DNA from: Amphiscolops sp. MND2022
Lineage: Eukaryota
Assembly: GCA_964187785.1 (NCBI GenBank)
Contig: OZ076409.1
Location: 18,354,001 to 18,418,000, forward strand
Direction of reading: 5' to 3'
Length of the DNA: 64,000 nucleotides
A program made the position numbers and the translations under genes. Below the pieces are notes generated by a model. The model saw nothing but the letters and a program-made list of their open reading frames with translations, was not told the origin of the DNA and ran no database searches. Shown piece after piece: positions 1 to 12,633 of this stretch; position 1 is the first letter of the stretch, and each line of letters opens with the position of its first letter.

Positions 1-1354
1 TTATGATTATCTATCAGTCTTAACATAGTCGGTGATTAAAATTAGATTGATAGTCTGAACAATTTTTTTCCAAATCTCAAAGCTGACAACTGTTTGATCG
101 TACTATCCCAGTCTTGGCGCTTCATAGCAACGCTGCAGCCGTTAATCATGCGGAGTTAAGTATCGTCGAATGAATTTTCCTTCGATCTCTATTTTGGGAC
201 AATTTGATGATTTTTCTGAGAACCTTGTCTCTGTTTAACCTTCGAATAAAAAGTCAAATTGGGAAATGGGAAAGTCAGAGGAATGCAAAATTAAAGTAGG
301 GCAGTGTTTTGACATCACTAATTTTTCCCGCTAATGTTCGATTTCAACTTTCAAAATTGACTGATAACCTAAAGAGAAACAGACTGGAATTTTTTTCTTG
401 AATTTCTGAATTTTTCTTGTATAAGATTTCGAGGAAATCTTGATTTAGGACTTTCTATAAGTTACCACTTATTTGAATCGCTAATGAAGTCGCTGAAAAA
501 TTCCTGCGCTGCCGCTAATTAGCGGTGTCAAAACTGTGAAGTAGAGTATTTGACTTTCCATGAAAAATGGTGGTTTTTCGGTCGATATAATTTTAGGGCC
601 TAGCAAAATTTTTCATTTCGGAGAAAGTATATTTGAAAAATGTTTCACCAGAGTTTTCGCGAAAACAAAAAGGAAGTTCGCAGCAGAATTCGTACTTTTA
701 GTCTAGAAACCTTGAAAAGTATTGAGATCTTGTGAATTCTGTGAAAAATTCAGATGTTTTTCGATGCCTGACTTGATATACCAATATCGCTTTTTGTTCA
801 ATAACACCAGTTGCAATTATTGCTAACCAGCAATAGCTGTTTGAGCAATACATTTTCATTCAGGTATGTCTATTAGTCACCAAGCTATTCCGGCGAAATC
901 TGTTATTCGAAATTATGTCACGCCTACAGTTTCAAAGGGAATTGTTTCTTACGTTGTGCACTGGCTTTCATCACTGTAACTGATAAGCTTCTAGTTTCGG
1001 TGATTAGATTTCACAAGTTTGTTAGTCCGTCGCGTATCTTCATCATCGGCTGACGTTGCACGATGTCGATTTTGTAAGAGTTGTTCAAACATCGTTGTTA
1101 GGTATCAGACTTGATTCAAATTCACAATGAAATATTCTAAGAGCAACGTCATCGGTTAGGTCAAAAGCTTTCAGTCAAGTTACAGCAACCTGATTTCCTT
1201 TTGTTCCATTTGTCTTGTTGTTAACCTACTAACTTGACCTTCCTAGCGTTTTGACGTCATCAACGTGTGTGAAACGTCACAACTGTTACAACCGCAGGGG
1301 TTTAATTGCAACTCAAGGTTCAAATATTAAGCAATCTGCCTCTTCTCAACATCA

Positions 1355-1729
1355 ATGTCTGCCAGTGAATCAATCTTATCTCTGCATAATGATTACGATA
1401 TCGATTTTCGAAACGATTGCGATAAAAACTATAGGAGAGGAAATTTCTTCAATCCAAAATCATTCCAACAGAACGCTCCCTCGCAAACGTCTGGATCCGG
1501 ATCCAAACCACCAGTCAATTGCCAAAACTATCACTTCAGCAACCAACCAGGAGTTCCCGAAAACCGGAGAAAGTGCATCTTCTGGAGAATTCGACCACTT
1601 TCAAACATATCCAGTCACATAAGCCAGCCAGTCAGCGAGAAAGATGGTTTTTTGTGTCGTGAAAGAAATGCATCCTGTACCTTTCGGCAGCAACGAAAGC
1701 AATGTGCAATACAAAGAACAGAGTCATAA
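1355..1729 (+). CDS. Possible ORF or exon of unknown function (124 aa); may be non-coding
   Basis: ATG-initiated ORF in non-repetitive sequence, GTAAGT donor-like site near 1891 and AATAAA near 2041; no recognisable domain. Confidence 0.15.
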   Translation: MSASESILSLHNDYDIDFRNDCDKNYRRGNFFNPKSFQQNAPSQTSGSGSKPPVNCQNYHFSNQPGVPENRRKCIFWRIRPLSNISSHISQPVSEKDGFLCRERNASCTFRQQRKQCAIQRTES

Positions 1730-2560
1730 CAGCTACCTAAAGTACCACGATTCTTCGAGGTTTTCATGGCCTTCACAGAACACATCACTCGTGCCAACAT
1801 TCTTTGGAAACATGGAACGAGACAGAAGTAGCACCCCTAACTACTTCAACTACCAAGATGGAAGGAATGGGAATTAACCCACACAGAAAAGTAAGTATCA
1901 AAAAACAATGAACTTAGTCTGCACAGCTATTTCCATTTATTTGTAAATTTCCTATTTTCATTATATATGATTTTACTGTTTTGAATGTTTCTACAAGTCG
2001 CCAATCTGTATATCAGAAATTTGTGATTCCATTGACCGCAAATAAAATAAAATATTTACATCAATTGTGCTTTTCCGCGAACTCTTGGTCGACAACTTTC
2101 ACAGTGACTAATTTTTTCTTAACATCAAAAAACTTCCCGAGAAAAATCCACTCTTAACAATTTTACTATCGTCACCTCATTCTCATTATCTAGAAACCGC
2201 TCGAAGGCCCTTTTTTTCAAAACTTTTCAAGTTGAGAGAAAAAGTATACGAAAAACTCAAAATTAAAGGGCGGAAAACTGGTCGAACATCAACTAGTCGA
2301 ATAACAATCAAGTGCAAACTCGTCGAATAATTACATTACGCATAGGGACTACTCAGTGCTAATTATGGATTAATTTTCCTTAATTGATGCGTAAAAATTC
2401 TGTTTTACGCATAATACTTTTTCAGTTATTATTTTCCGACCCACGATTTCAATGGGGAGGAAAATCATCATCTGTGTTGCGTTTTTTTCCAAATTCTGCC
2501 AAAAACTCCACTTTGTACAACTCCACTCCACTTACTCAGTCTCCCTGCTCAGCCTTCATC

Positions 2561-2656
2561 CTTCATACTGAGATGGGAAAAAAATCTAAAGTAAAAATGG
2601 GAATAAATCTTCATACTGAGATGGGAAAAATATCTAAAGTAAAAATGGGAATAAAA
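2561..2656. repeat. 48 bp tandem duplication within a cluster of decayed MITE arms (about 2268-2930)
   Basis: cttcatactgagatgggaaaaaaatctaaagtaaaaatgggaataaa occurs twice in tandem; nearby GTCGAA and AGATCTAA motif arrays resemble the MITE arms at 13.6-14.5 kb. Confidence 0.7.
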
Positions 2657-4558
2657 ATGGGAAATATCTATAGGGAATAAGATCCAAAATTTCAGGACGG
2701 GAATAAGATCTAAAATCACTAAATTTTAGATCTTATTATTTAGATCCTATTCCCCTCCCAAAATAGCTATGGCTCAAGTGATGAAGGCGAAAAGGGAGGA
2801 AAATATCCCGGTGCTTAGCGGGCGTCTTGTATAATTGCTTGAAACGTTCGACTTTTATAATTTACGGAGTAATTTTTCATCATAATTGGTTCATAGCACA
2901 GCACGATCACAAAGTTAGCGCTATATTTCGCTGAGATGATTTTCTGTACATGCAACGAGTTTTCAGCCGGAGAAATTTCGGTGAGTTACTTTTCGACCAG
3001 TTTTCCGCTTAGTTTTTTGACCAGTTGTTTTCGACTTTTAGTATATTCGAGAGAAAAGGTAAGGAAAAATGTACATGGGGAAGAGAGTTTCCAGAAGTTG
3101 GTTTCCAAATGAACATCGGAAGCTATACTTGGCGACATCATCCAAACTGCACTGAATGTAGAATTAGTTGAGCTTTTCATTATCGACGACTATTTTGACG
3201 TTAGCTTCATAAAATCAATTACTTTCGAAAGACGCAAGAAATACAAAGACAGTTTCCACAAAGCCTAGAAAACAAGGCTATAATGATGAAAACTGTCAGT
3301 TGTATAATTAACCGAAATTAACAAGTTTGTAAAAATGTTAAGTAATTTTGCAAGCACAGTGGATCCCGGATATAATCAACATCAACCACTAGTGGTGTTT
3401 CTTATAATGGAACTTTCTTATATGCGGCTTTTTCAGAAGGAATTATATTGGAAGTCGAAGCCAAGGTACGCATTGGCTGAAAGCGGGTATTAGCGGGATC
3501 CCATAACCGGGATCCAAAGTTTTCAATTTCGATTTGTATTTCAGATTTTGAAAGTCTCCTGTCTCAAACACCCCCAAACAAACAATCGTATTGAATCAAG
3601 CAAAGGTGATAACTTATTTTTGTTTTTCTATTGTTAGAGCTCATGTGGCGTCTTATGACTATGCTCTTACTGAGCGGGCTTGAGGTCCTCCCAGTAAGAA
3701 GTGATTACATCATATGGCATCTTACCAATGAGGTGCGTAATTTTGTATGTGACTAAAAAAAAGCCAAATCAGTAGAAGCCGGCATGAAAGTAGTAGTCAA
3801 ATTAGATTTTAAAAGTCAGTTCAAACGTAGTTACCACGAATTTGCAAGTTTGAAACAGGTCGACTGCCGAAGTTTGCTAACAGAATTTTAAGCTACCATG
3901 TATGCAAAAAATAGTTCAAAAACCTGTTTCAACAGACGGTGCTTCGTTTTTATGGCAAACTTCGTTCTAAAGGTGAAAATTGACACCGGCGATTTAATAA
4001 GGCGAAAATTACGACTGTACATTCCTTTTTCTCTGAAATTTTTTCTACAAGGAGTGATTTTTTTAAATTCAAAAGTTGTTGGCTAACAACAGCGTTTTAA
4101 ACGTTTAAAATGTTTTAAACTATCTTGAAGAACCTTGCGGGAAAACTTTTTTCATCTTTGTTATCAACCAGGTTCATTATCATTTGTTAAACTGCTATAT
4201 AACGCGGGGCTTTTGCAGTTTCGATTTTTTTCGCTAGGTTTTCTTTTGAAATCGAACAAAAAGTTTCAATCAACGCCAAAATTCACAGAACTGTGATAAG
4301 TGATATAGTTTTTTTTGTTTTCTTGTTAGATTTCAAAACAAAAATATCAAAATTTTCACCGGCAATTATATGTCTAATTTTTTGGTACCATGTTTCATGA
4401 TACCATCAAAACTTCTATAGAACTAAGAGAATCAGTTTCAAAGTTTTAAAAATGTTACACTTCAATAAAACTTCAGTAACACTCGAATCTCATTTAATAT
4501 TATAACTTCAATTTCTTTCTTCTCGGAATAATTGATCTAAATTGCATATAGTTCTTAA

Positions 4559-5148
4559 CCTTAACTTGGCCAATGTGCCAAATTTGGCACATTTTGTTTC
4601 TGCAAATTCTTAACGCACCAGCTGATTGTATGGTAAAGCAAAACCTTTAATAAGAGTTTCAGACAATATTGCATAGCATTCGGCGCCTTTTCACGGAAAA
4701 TTGACGTGATGTCTCCAAAACCCAGAAAATGACGCAAAAAAATCAAAAGAAAAATAAGTGCAGATTTTCCGTTTTCCCAGTTTTCGTTTGTGCCCCTTTT
4801 ATCCCACTGGTATCAACATTGGGTCAAAGCGTCCCCGGCATGTTTTGAAACATGTTGAAAAGCAAGCAGAGACACGACGCGTGCAAAGTTTTAGCGCAAA
4901 GTTCGGAGCCAGTGCGGCGAAGCCGCACGCCAGCGGAGAACTTCGCGCAAAAAACTTTGCGCGCAAGGGGCCCGCGCTAGCGGGCCCCAAGCCCAGCAGT
5001 TTAAAAATTGATTTGAAAGCCCCAATGCTCCTCTTTCGAACGCTGTATAAATAGTTTGTCGGACTTGTATAGTTCAGGAGATATTGCGGTTTAAAGTTGA
5101 AGCACCTGATTTTTGGATGCAACAAGATTTTTCCTGGCCAACTTAAGG
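4559..5148. mobile_element. piggyBac-like MITE with internal hairpin cluster
   Basis: TTAA on both sides (4555-4558, 5149-5152); TIR CCTTAACTTGGCCA vs reverse complement CCTTAAGTTGGCCA (13/14); no transposase. Confidence 0.85.
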
Positions 5149-5242
5149 TTAAAGGTAGATTAGAAATATGAGAGCGTTTTGGGACTCCAAGAACGTTGAT
5201 AGAAAAATGCGTCTTAGAAACCAAAGTGATTATTCAGAGACA

Positions 5243-6457
5243 TCACATCTTGGACTGCTTTCGAGACAAAAACTTCATCACTGCCGATATGCATTCTTCT
5301 GAGGTCCATCTTTCAACCAATCGATCACATTCGGCCTTGTTAACTTCATGCAGTTTCTCTTTATGCTGTTGACGCATCAACGCTTTTCCATACATGACAC
5401 TCTTAGGAGGCAGAGACGCCAATAACGCCAGACGCTCCTGACAGACCTTGTGAAAATTCTCATGGGGTATCACTTCTGTCACCAAGTTACGCTCCAAGGC
5501 TTCCTCTGCAGATATTTTCTTCTCGCACACCAACATTTCAACCGCTCTTTGGTGTCCCATTAGGAGAGGGAATGTATAGGATGAGCACCCTTCGGGCGAC
5601 TGGCCTAAAGAGGGAAACGGGGTATGAAAAGTGGCATTCGATGAAGCTAGCACCAAGTCAAACATGCCCAGAACCGTTACGCTGATTCCTACGGCTGGTC
5701 CGTTTATGAGGCCAACCAAGGGTTTTGAGAAATCTATATAGCTGCTCACATACTTCTCCAGAATGATTCCTCCTTGTTGAGCCCCCTTTTGCAAATCGCC
5801 GTTAAACTCGGCTGCCAGTTTTTGAAAACCACTCAAATCGTTTCCAGCACAATAGTACTGACCCGCGCCGGTCATGGCAGCCACAGTAACCTCATCGTTG
5901 GCATCAGCCTCAGCCAAAGCTTCGCCAATTTCTTGGTAGCATTCGATGCTCACTGCATTATACTTAGCAGGGTTATTCAGAGTAACGGTGAAAACTCCAT
6001 TGCTAATGTCTACCTTGATGGTCTGATACTTTCCTTCGACTGCTTTCTGAGGCGCTGCTTCTGCCTTAGAACCGCCTTGATCTGCGGCTAACAGCTTTTC
6101 TACAATGTCGATATACTGTTTCATAGCATCTGAGGAACTCACGTCTTTCAAACCACTCCAAGCATCCCATTTAGCTTTAGCTACGAAATTGAAAGCACCA
6201 GGTTTGGGAGTGTTGTTGACCCCAATAGTCGCTTGTTTGAACAGGGCGTACATCTTGAGCTTCACTTCGTTTCCAGGGTCCTTGGAGAGGGTATTGACTT
6301 GTTCAGACATCTGCTTGAACTTGGCTTCCAGAGATGCATCAGCCGAAAAAGGCGAAGTTTGATTCATGGCGAAGACCCGTGAAGCACCCGATATCAGAGG
6401 TCTGCTACTGAATCTGCGACAAAAGGGCTGCAAAAGGGAGGTCGCGATGAAATTCAT
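5243..6457 (-). CDS. ECI2: Enoyl-CoA delta isomerase 2 (ACBP domain + crotonase domain), intronless CDS, 404 aa
   Basis: ACBP motifs KLKMYALFKQAT...KAKWDAW; crotonase motifs YYCAGNDL, NGPAVGISVT, GQSPEGCSSYTFP; C-terminal SKM (PTS1-like); first in-frame ATG at 6457. Confidence 0.95.
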   Translation of the reverse strand: MNFIATSLLQPFCRRFSSRPLISGASRVFAMNQTSPFSADASLEAKFKQMSEQVNTLSKDPGNEVKLKMYALFKQATIGVNNTPKPGAFNFVAKAKWDAWSGLKDVSSSDAMKQYIDIVEKLLAADQGGSKAEAAPQKAVEGKYQTIKVDISNGVFTVTLNNPAKYNAVSIECYQEIGEALAEADANDEVTVAAMTGAGQYYCAGNDLSGFQKLAAEFNGDLQKGAQQGGIILEKYVSSYIDFSKPLVGLINGPAVGISVTVLGMFDLVLASSNATFHTPFPSLGQSPEGCSSYTFPLLMGHQRAVEMLVCEKKISAEEALERNLVTEVIPHENFHKVCQERLALLASLPPKSVMYGKALMRQQHKEKLHEVNKAECDRLVERWTSEECISAVMKFLSRKQSKM

Positions 6458-8522
6458 TTCATAACTAAAACGAAAGAGGTGAAGAGACCTGTAAATTGAA
6501 GTTGAACCAAAAACATTGTTTTTCAATGCGATTTTTTTGCGGCGATAATTCTTTCAAGGCGATATTCGTTTTACGCCTGGAAGGTCAGGAGTTGAAGACA
6601 GACAATATTTTATATACTTCGCGATTTGATTGAAAGAGCTTAGTCAAGTGGTCCCGAGCTACAGCCTCTCTGTGGTGCCATTCTTTGTGAAAAAAAATAT
6701 ATATTGATAGTTTGAACGCACTTTAATCAACACGATCGGAAGGTAGCTCAGACTTTTGTAGGAAGTCAAACGAAATATCCAAACAAAATGAAATGTCCAA
6801 GTTTAGCAGATAATTCAGGTGGTTATTGAGGTCACAACAGAGTATCTAAAATCATTATTGCCCAAAAAGCCAATAGCTTGTCAATCTAATTCATGACTAC
6901 TGCCACTCTTAATGCAAAAATTAGACTCCCGAGTTCTGGCGAAGGGAAGAAAATGCCATGTTCCAAAAACTATTTACTTCAATAAGGCAAAGCTTAACAG
7001 AGAAGCAATGATTTATAATAAAACGTAGGATTATATTATACTGAGTGAGAAAAATAACTTCAGGACAAAATAGCACCGTTTAGTTAAGCTTCCATTTTCT
7101 CACATCTTTTTTGAATGGAACTCGAGACGTGCACTTTTCACAAATCACGCCAGCCAAGTCTTGTAAAGATTACGTCACTGCAGTAAAAAGTGACGACACT
7201 TGGCAACTCACACTTGACAAAAAGGGAAGCACCAGAAACGTTTCCGACTGAATTTCCCGACTCAGATCCAACATTGAAAGGGTATTCGGGTACTTTGGTT
7301 GGTGTTTAAGAAAAGGTTCGTTCTTACGTTTTTTCATCACAGTTTTTTGGTAATTCGAAACTTTTATCACTCACTCATATTATAAAAACATTCACCAAGC
7401 TTCGTATGTATACAAGCTTTTGAATTCAACGAAAATCACAGCATTTTTTCAACTAAACATGATTCTTCATTCCAAATATACATATGCATCATTTCAGCTT
7501 ACAGGAAACATGAAAACTTCCTTTCTTTCTTAAATTCGAAGTGAAACCATACACCCTTCAAAGGTTTCTGGAGATACATAAATTAGAGGAAGGGGCGGGT
7601 GGGCTTCTGAGGTGTACAAGGACAGGACAAGGAGTATCATTAACCAATCACAGACTGTACAAAATTAGTGAACATCTATTGGTTTGCATTGGGTCGTTGC
7701 ATAGGTAGATAGCATCTTGTTTTCAATAATAATAACAACAAAACAACATTTTCATAGCCAGGAAGCCTAAAACAGTATCATTAAAAAATAGCAGCAGAGC
7801 AAGACAAACTCCACCACTGGGTAGCTCCTGTGATATTGGAAAAAGATCAGAAGAGCCCATCATACTGGGGCAACAAGAATTTCATCCCAGATGAAAAACT
7901 GCCGCAGTTACAATCATGTCAGAGTGGTAAAGCTGCATAGCGTCTTGTTGCATTACGTAATGACAGAGAGGACTTTCATCACATCCGTCCCCTATTTATG
8001 TTTGTTTGTTTGGTGTAGCAGTATTCAGTTGGTTATCATTATGAAAAGTTGAACATTGATGCGTTTCAACGTCATTAAAAAATCCCACTTCAAGGGAAAA
8101 TGTTTGCCAAGGAAAATTTCGTAGTAACATTCGAGATTATTTGTCAAGTTCATAATGGTTTGTACCAGCAAATTTTTCTAAACATTTCGTTGAGTTTAAC
8201 ATTATCTTTAGAGTAATTACCTTTAGAGTACCTGTCAGAAAATTGACACAGGCTTTTCTCATAATTTCGAAACGCATTCAAGGATTACAGTAAAAACAGT
8301 GTGATATTGCGGCAAAGCAAAAAGTCATTATTGCGCAAGGTAGTCATCAACGTACAAGTCTTGGTTCAAGTCACGAACGCACCCTAATTCCATTTTTGAT
8401 TGGTGCGCAGTGGGTGGGTATTTACAGTGAGGGCAAAGAGTTGGTCGAGGTATAAGGTACTGTCGCTGTTACTCACTCAACACAAGACAGCGACTCCAAA
8501 TTGCAACAGCTCCGCTCTTGGT

Positions 8523-8581
8523 TCATGTCAAGGCTTCTTGACTTTTGCGGACACATTCGCGCACTTTCTTCTTGTAGGCAC
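8523..8581 (-). CDS. UBE2G1: UBE2G1-like E2, exon 3 (last; GAYKKKVRECVRKSQEALT*)
   Basis: Acceptor ttcaaag at 8582; phase 1 matches the exon 2 donor; peptide resembles the UBE2G1 C-terminus (KVARCVRKSQE); TGA at 8525-8523. Confidence 0.88.
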
Positions 8582-8958
8582 CTTTGAATAAACAGAAGAG
8601 TTCAGGTTTGGAAATAAGGTTTGTTTGATTCAATTATGGTCTACCCTCCGCTCCAAAACTAAAAATCGACATTCATGAAAACCCTAATGTCCTATGCGTT
8701 ATATCGGGACAATTAAACCTGATAAGGTTCACAAAAGCGTTGAAAAACTCAGTTGTATGAAACTGGCCAAAATTAAACAATTTGGAAGAAAAAAGGATAG
8801 CGTATTCCAACGGGTAAAAGCCGCAATTTAAAAGCTCGAGGGCGGCTTCTCAGAATAATATTTTTGGACAAATTCGGCTTCTATTTGAAGTGATACGGTA
8901 TGCTATAGATATGCTCTTCCACTGACAGCCTTCGTTTAATCTGGTTGAAAAGGCTAAC

Positions 8959-9241
8959 CATTGAAATCGTTTCTCCAGTCAATGGCAGCATCTAAATTAG
9001 CAGGTGACTCGTCGTTGCCTTCACTGAGCATGGAAATGACGCTGAGGATGATGGTCTCGGCAGTGTGCACCGGGTTCCACCGCTCGGAGGCAGCCTCGTA
9101 CCCGAAGCTGTCTTCGCCGGGCTCGTGCAAGATGGAGATGCAGACATCGCCCTCTTTTGAGATGTTAGGGTGCCACATCTGACTCACGAACTTCATCTTC
9201 GGAGGTCTCAGGGGGTACTCCTTGGGGAAATTGAGCACAGC
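8959..9241 (-). CDS. UBE2G1: UBE2G1-like E2, exon 2 (catalytic Cys and acidic loop)
   Basis: FPKEYPLRPPKMKF...WHPNI...VCISILHEPGEDSFGYEAASERW; acceptor tttgaag at 9242, donor gttagc at 8958. Confidence 0.93.
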
Positions 9242-9840
9242 CTTCAAACATGCATCACAAAACTAGCTTCATTGGAACTTACCATCGAAAGATCTTACTG
9301 AATTAGTGCACTATTTTGCACAAGATTTTGACTGTAAAACGGGTTGCTTAGTAATCAATATTCACAATAAACACAACCAACGAATTATAACAGCCAAATT
9401 TATGACAATGAAATTCCAACAGGTGGGAAAAATCATTTGGGGAATATTAAGGTAGGGATACAAAATGTACACGACATGGCTTCAGACGTTATTTCCGAGA
9501 ACGACCTACCCTTGACTTGACTTTTCACTTCCCATGTGGCATGTCCCCCTTTTGACTCGTTACACTATGCTCCCCTAGAGAAAAAATGTTACTGGCTCAT
9601 TTTTATTTATCTCTTAATCAAAAATTTTCCCATGCTATTCTGCCAATAAATTGATCTCTCTATATATATCGACACTTTTTATTGGCTCTTATTATTAAAA
9701 TCCCCACTCAGCCAATCAGAAGCGTTGATATATGACAGATCTGGGCTATTAGAATTAGTATTAGACTGTTTGAAAGTTTTCACTTTGTCCTCCCCTTTTG
9801 CTATGTTTGACTGTAAAATTTGGTGTTGTCAGTGAGTTAC

Positions 9841-10026
9841 CTTGAACATGCCTCCCTCGTAGAAAGTGTCGGGGGGCCCAATGATGATCACCTCCCACTT
9901 GAAGAAGTCGTCGTCAATGAGCCCAGCCGAGAAGCCCTCAACAGGGTTCTTGAGCATGTTCGTGTACTCGCGCTTCAACAACAGCATGCCCTGAGTCCCG
10001 TCCCTCGGTCTTCTTTCGGCCGACAT
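9841..10026 (-). CDS. UBE2G1: UBE2G1-like E2, exon 1; spliced protein 175 aa
   Basis: KNPVEGFSAGLIDDDFFKWEVIIIGPPDTFYEGG; ATG 10026; donor gtaact at 9840, phase 0. Confidence 0.92.
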
Positions 10027-10751
10027 GTCCGCAGGCTGCGACGGCAAGTCCTCGATCAACTTTTTATTTGGTTTTTCAATTAAAGCTAAATTAATTTTTG
10101 GTTTTTCAAAATCACTACAGCAGCTAAAAGCGCAGCTCAAAATCTGAAAGACAAAAGCCAAGTTAAACTTTGATACAGAAGCGAAATTGTTGTTTCTGAA
10201 GGACGGGTTATAAAAACCGGTTTATGTAAGTTCAAAACATCCACGCTAGCAAGTATGAAACTCCTAATTGCCGAATCGAGCCGTTCCGAGAAATAGGTCC
10301 CTCCTGGGTTGTAATACTTCTGCTTTAGGCTACAATAACAAAACGCAGAAATATCAATAATTCAATAATGCCGCTAAAAATGGTTCACATTGAAAACCTG
10401 ATTACATTGACCAGCGCTGGTACTTTGACAGAAAACCGTCCGAGGCTAAAGTTTCAGTTTATATTTCGATAATCAGAAAACACTAATCTGATGTCTCATT
10501 CAGAATTCAGTTCACTAAAATATTAATAAAAGCCGAAAAGCGATGGTCCAGAACTACCACCCCTTGACAGCTTGCCGAGTTGGTATTTCAAATAAGCGGA
10601 TCAATCATATGTTTAAACTCGCAAACAACTATGTTACCGTCTAACCATTGTTTCTTGTTCTATGGAACTCATATTCCGATGCAAAAGTTCCATCTAATTA
10701 AGAAATATACTAAGTAACAAGCAGCTTGTATAAAACTCACAGAAATTTACA

Positions 10752-11590
10752 AACAAGCCGGGAGCCTGAGACCAAACGATCCCGGAATGACAAGTCAGTG
10801 CCCGCTTAAGGCTCAAAAAGCGCACGTTAAGGAACTGTTTTTGAAAAAAATCTAAGCAGGAAAAAAGATGGGAGGGCCCTTCAGGCTTGGAAAAACGCTA
10901 AAAGGTTGTTTTCGAGGTTTTGGATAACACCAGTGCCGAAAAATGTCCGTTGGGCTTAAATGGAGATTTTTAAACTGGAAAATTTAAACATTTCAGAAAA
11001 ATCACGGTGCTGGATTTGAACCCACATCTCGCTTTTTAATCCGATTGAGTATGTATTGGAGTATTTTTAGACTGATGATGGCTTGTAGCCGAAAACGTTT
11101 TCAAGACATTCTTAAACATTGATCGTTTTTCCAAGATGAGTATGTTCAAGTGAAAGGGAAGGATCCTTTGAATCATTTTGGCAATCTTCATGGTCTCTTC
11201 GACTGGATTGAAAACGAAACGGAAAGCCACTATAATAGTTGTTTTATTTCAATAAGGCCCTACCTAAGTCGAACAGTGTCTCTTAATTATGCTCAAGGAC
11301 AATTATGGAGAAAACGTCAATCTGACAGTGCCAGAAAGTATCTGAAAGGGGCGCCCTTGAGGCTCGAAAGACGCTTCTCCTTAATTGAAAACGTCAAAAT
11401 ACACAAATTGGCGAAAAAAGGCGCACGGTGTCAAAATCCGGCGTCAAAATGTCAAACATTTTGAAAAATTCACTCCTGCCTGCAATTCGAACCCGCGTAC
11501 TCCTGTTTCCAAATCACGCATTTCGTCCACTTAGACCCAATGGCCGGATACAGTACTGAGTTTTATTAAATTGGAAACTTTCCACTTCTC
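10752..11590 (-). mobile_element. Degenerate non-autonomous repeat(s) related to the HINE at 53.7-54.7 kb, with tRNA-like B-box segments
   Basis: aacaagccggga...taaggctcaaaaa matches the reverse complement of the HINE 3' end; tttgaaccc/ttcgaaccc motifs near 11015 and 11487. Confidence 0.5.
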
Positions 11591-11861
11591 TTCACAAAGT
11601 GAATCGAGTCTAGTTTCATTTGAAACATTGAGTCATATTTTTCAAGAATAAAACATTCAGCGAATAAAGTTACCAGCAATTAGCGATGTCAAAACCCTTT
11701 CTATGAATAATATCAATTATACCACTTCAGTCTGCTTTCGCAAGCGTGATCAATAACTCAAAAACCCAACAAAAATGACAGGTTCAATTGAAATTCACTT
11801 AAAGCAATAAATTACTCTATAAAAAGAAAAAGATAACAAAAGAAAAGTTACGAAATTAGCA

Positions 11862-12065
11862 TCATTTGTCGTAGGAAATCAAACTCTGAATGTGAGTCAA
11901 AATAGCTTCAAGTTCCCGCTCTTCGAAACGGGTCTCAAGGCTTGGAACCAAAACACAGGCTTCTTCGGCTGAGGCCGGACACAAGTTAGCAAGGGCAGCG
12001 ATCTCAAATTTGTGCAGCTTCTTTGACATCAAGTGAGTTCTCACTGCCAAAATGGTTTCGTGTTT
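11862..12065 (-). CDS. POLR2D: RNA polymerase II subunit RPB4, exon 2
   Basis: [22 protein letters not shown]...PSLETRF; acceptor gcttcag at 12066; stop ends at 11862. Confidence 0.93.
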   Translation of the reverse strand, partial: KHETILAVRTHLMSKKLHKFEIAALANLCPASAEEACVLVPSLETRFEERELEAILTHIQSLISYDK

Positions 12066-12378
12066 CTGAAGCATTCATTTCATTTATACACACGGAACTA
12101 TTAAATTTCAAATTCGACAAAATTTTATACTACTTTCAATCAAGTATTTAGTTCCTCGACAAGAATAATCGATTTTCAAAACAGTTCATGTGAATTGAAA
12201 GAAAAAATGACGGAAAGACAACGTACATTTCGTTTAGGACTGACTGCATGTACGCCATGTACGGCGCTTGATTAATGCAACTTGATCGTTTTCCATATCT
12301 GGCGACCAGCGTATATCTTCATAAAGATTTCTAAACTTTAAAGCGTGAAAAAAAAACATTTGGCGTGTGATTTGTTAC

Positions 12379-12633
12379 CTTGAATCGAGAGAAGCGTTCT
12401 GTGTATGCTAAGGTCTTCGAGAAAACTTCACTTGGAATCTGGAACTCATCGTCATGTTCACTTTGACTTTCACGATGTTTCAAAAGGGTGTAGACTTCGG
12501 AAATCAAAAGAGTTTCAGCCTCTGCGAATTCTTCAGGAAACTGCAACTCAGCAGCATCTTCCTCAAACTCTCCTTCAACACTGGGCTTGTTTGGATGAGA
12601 ACTACCAGAAGCAACATCGCCGAGATTACTCAT
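12379..12633 (-). CDS. POLR2D: RNA polymerase II subunit RPB4, exon 1; spliced protein 152 aa
   Basis: [24 protein letters not shown]...[16 protein letters not shown] 12633; donor gtaaca at 12378, phase 0. Confidence 0.93.

Noticed and set aside
3357..3517. Tc1/mariner-like MITE (cagtggatcccgg...ccgggatcca)
   Set aside because: Only about 10 bp of inverted repeat and no TA duplication; too decayed to call
6458..6526. N-terminal extensions given by the ORF track for ECI2, UBE2G1 (to 10161) and POLR2D (to 12864)
   Set aside because: They start at non-ATG codons and cross AT-rich acceptor-like sequence; conserved protein begins at the downstream ATGs
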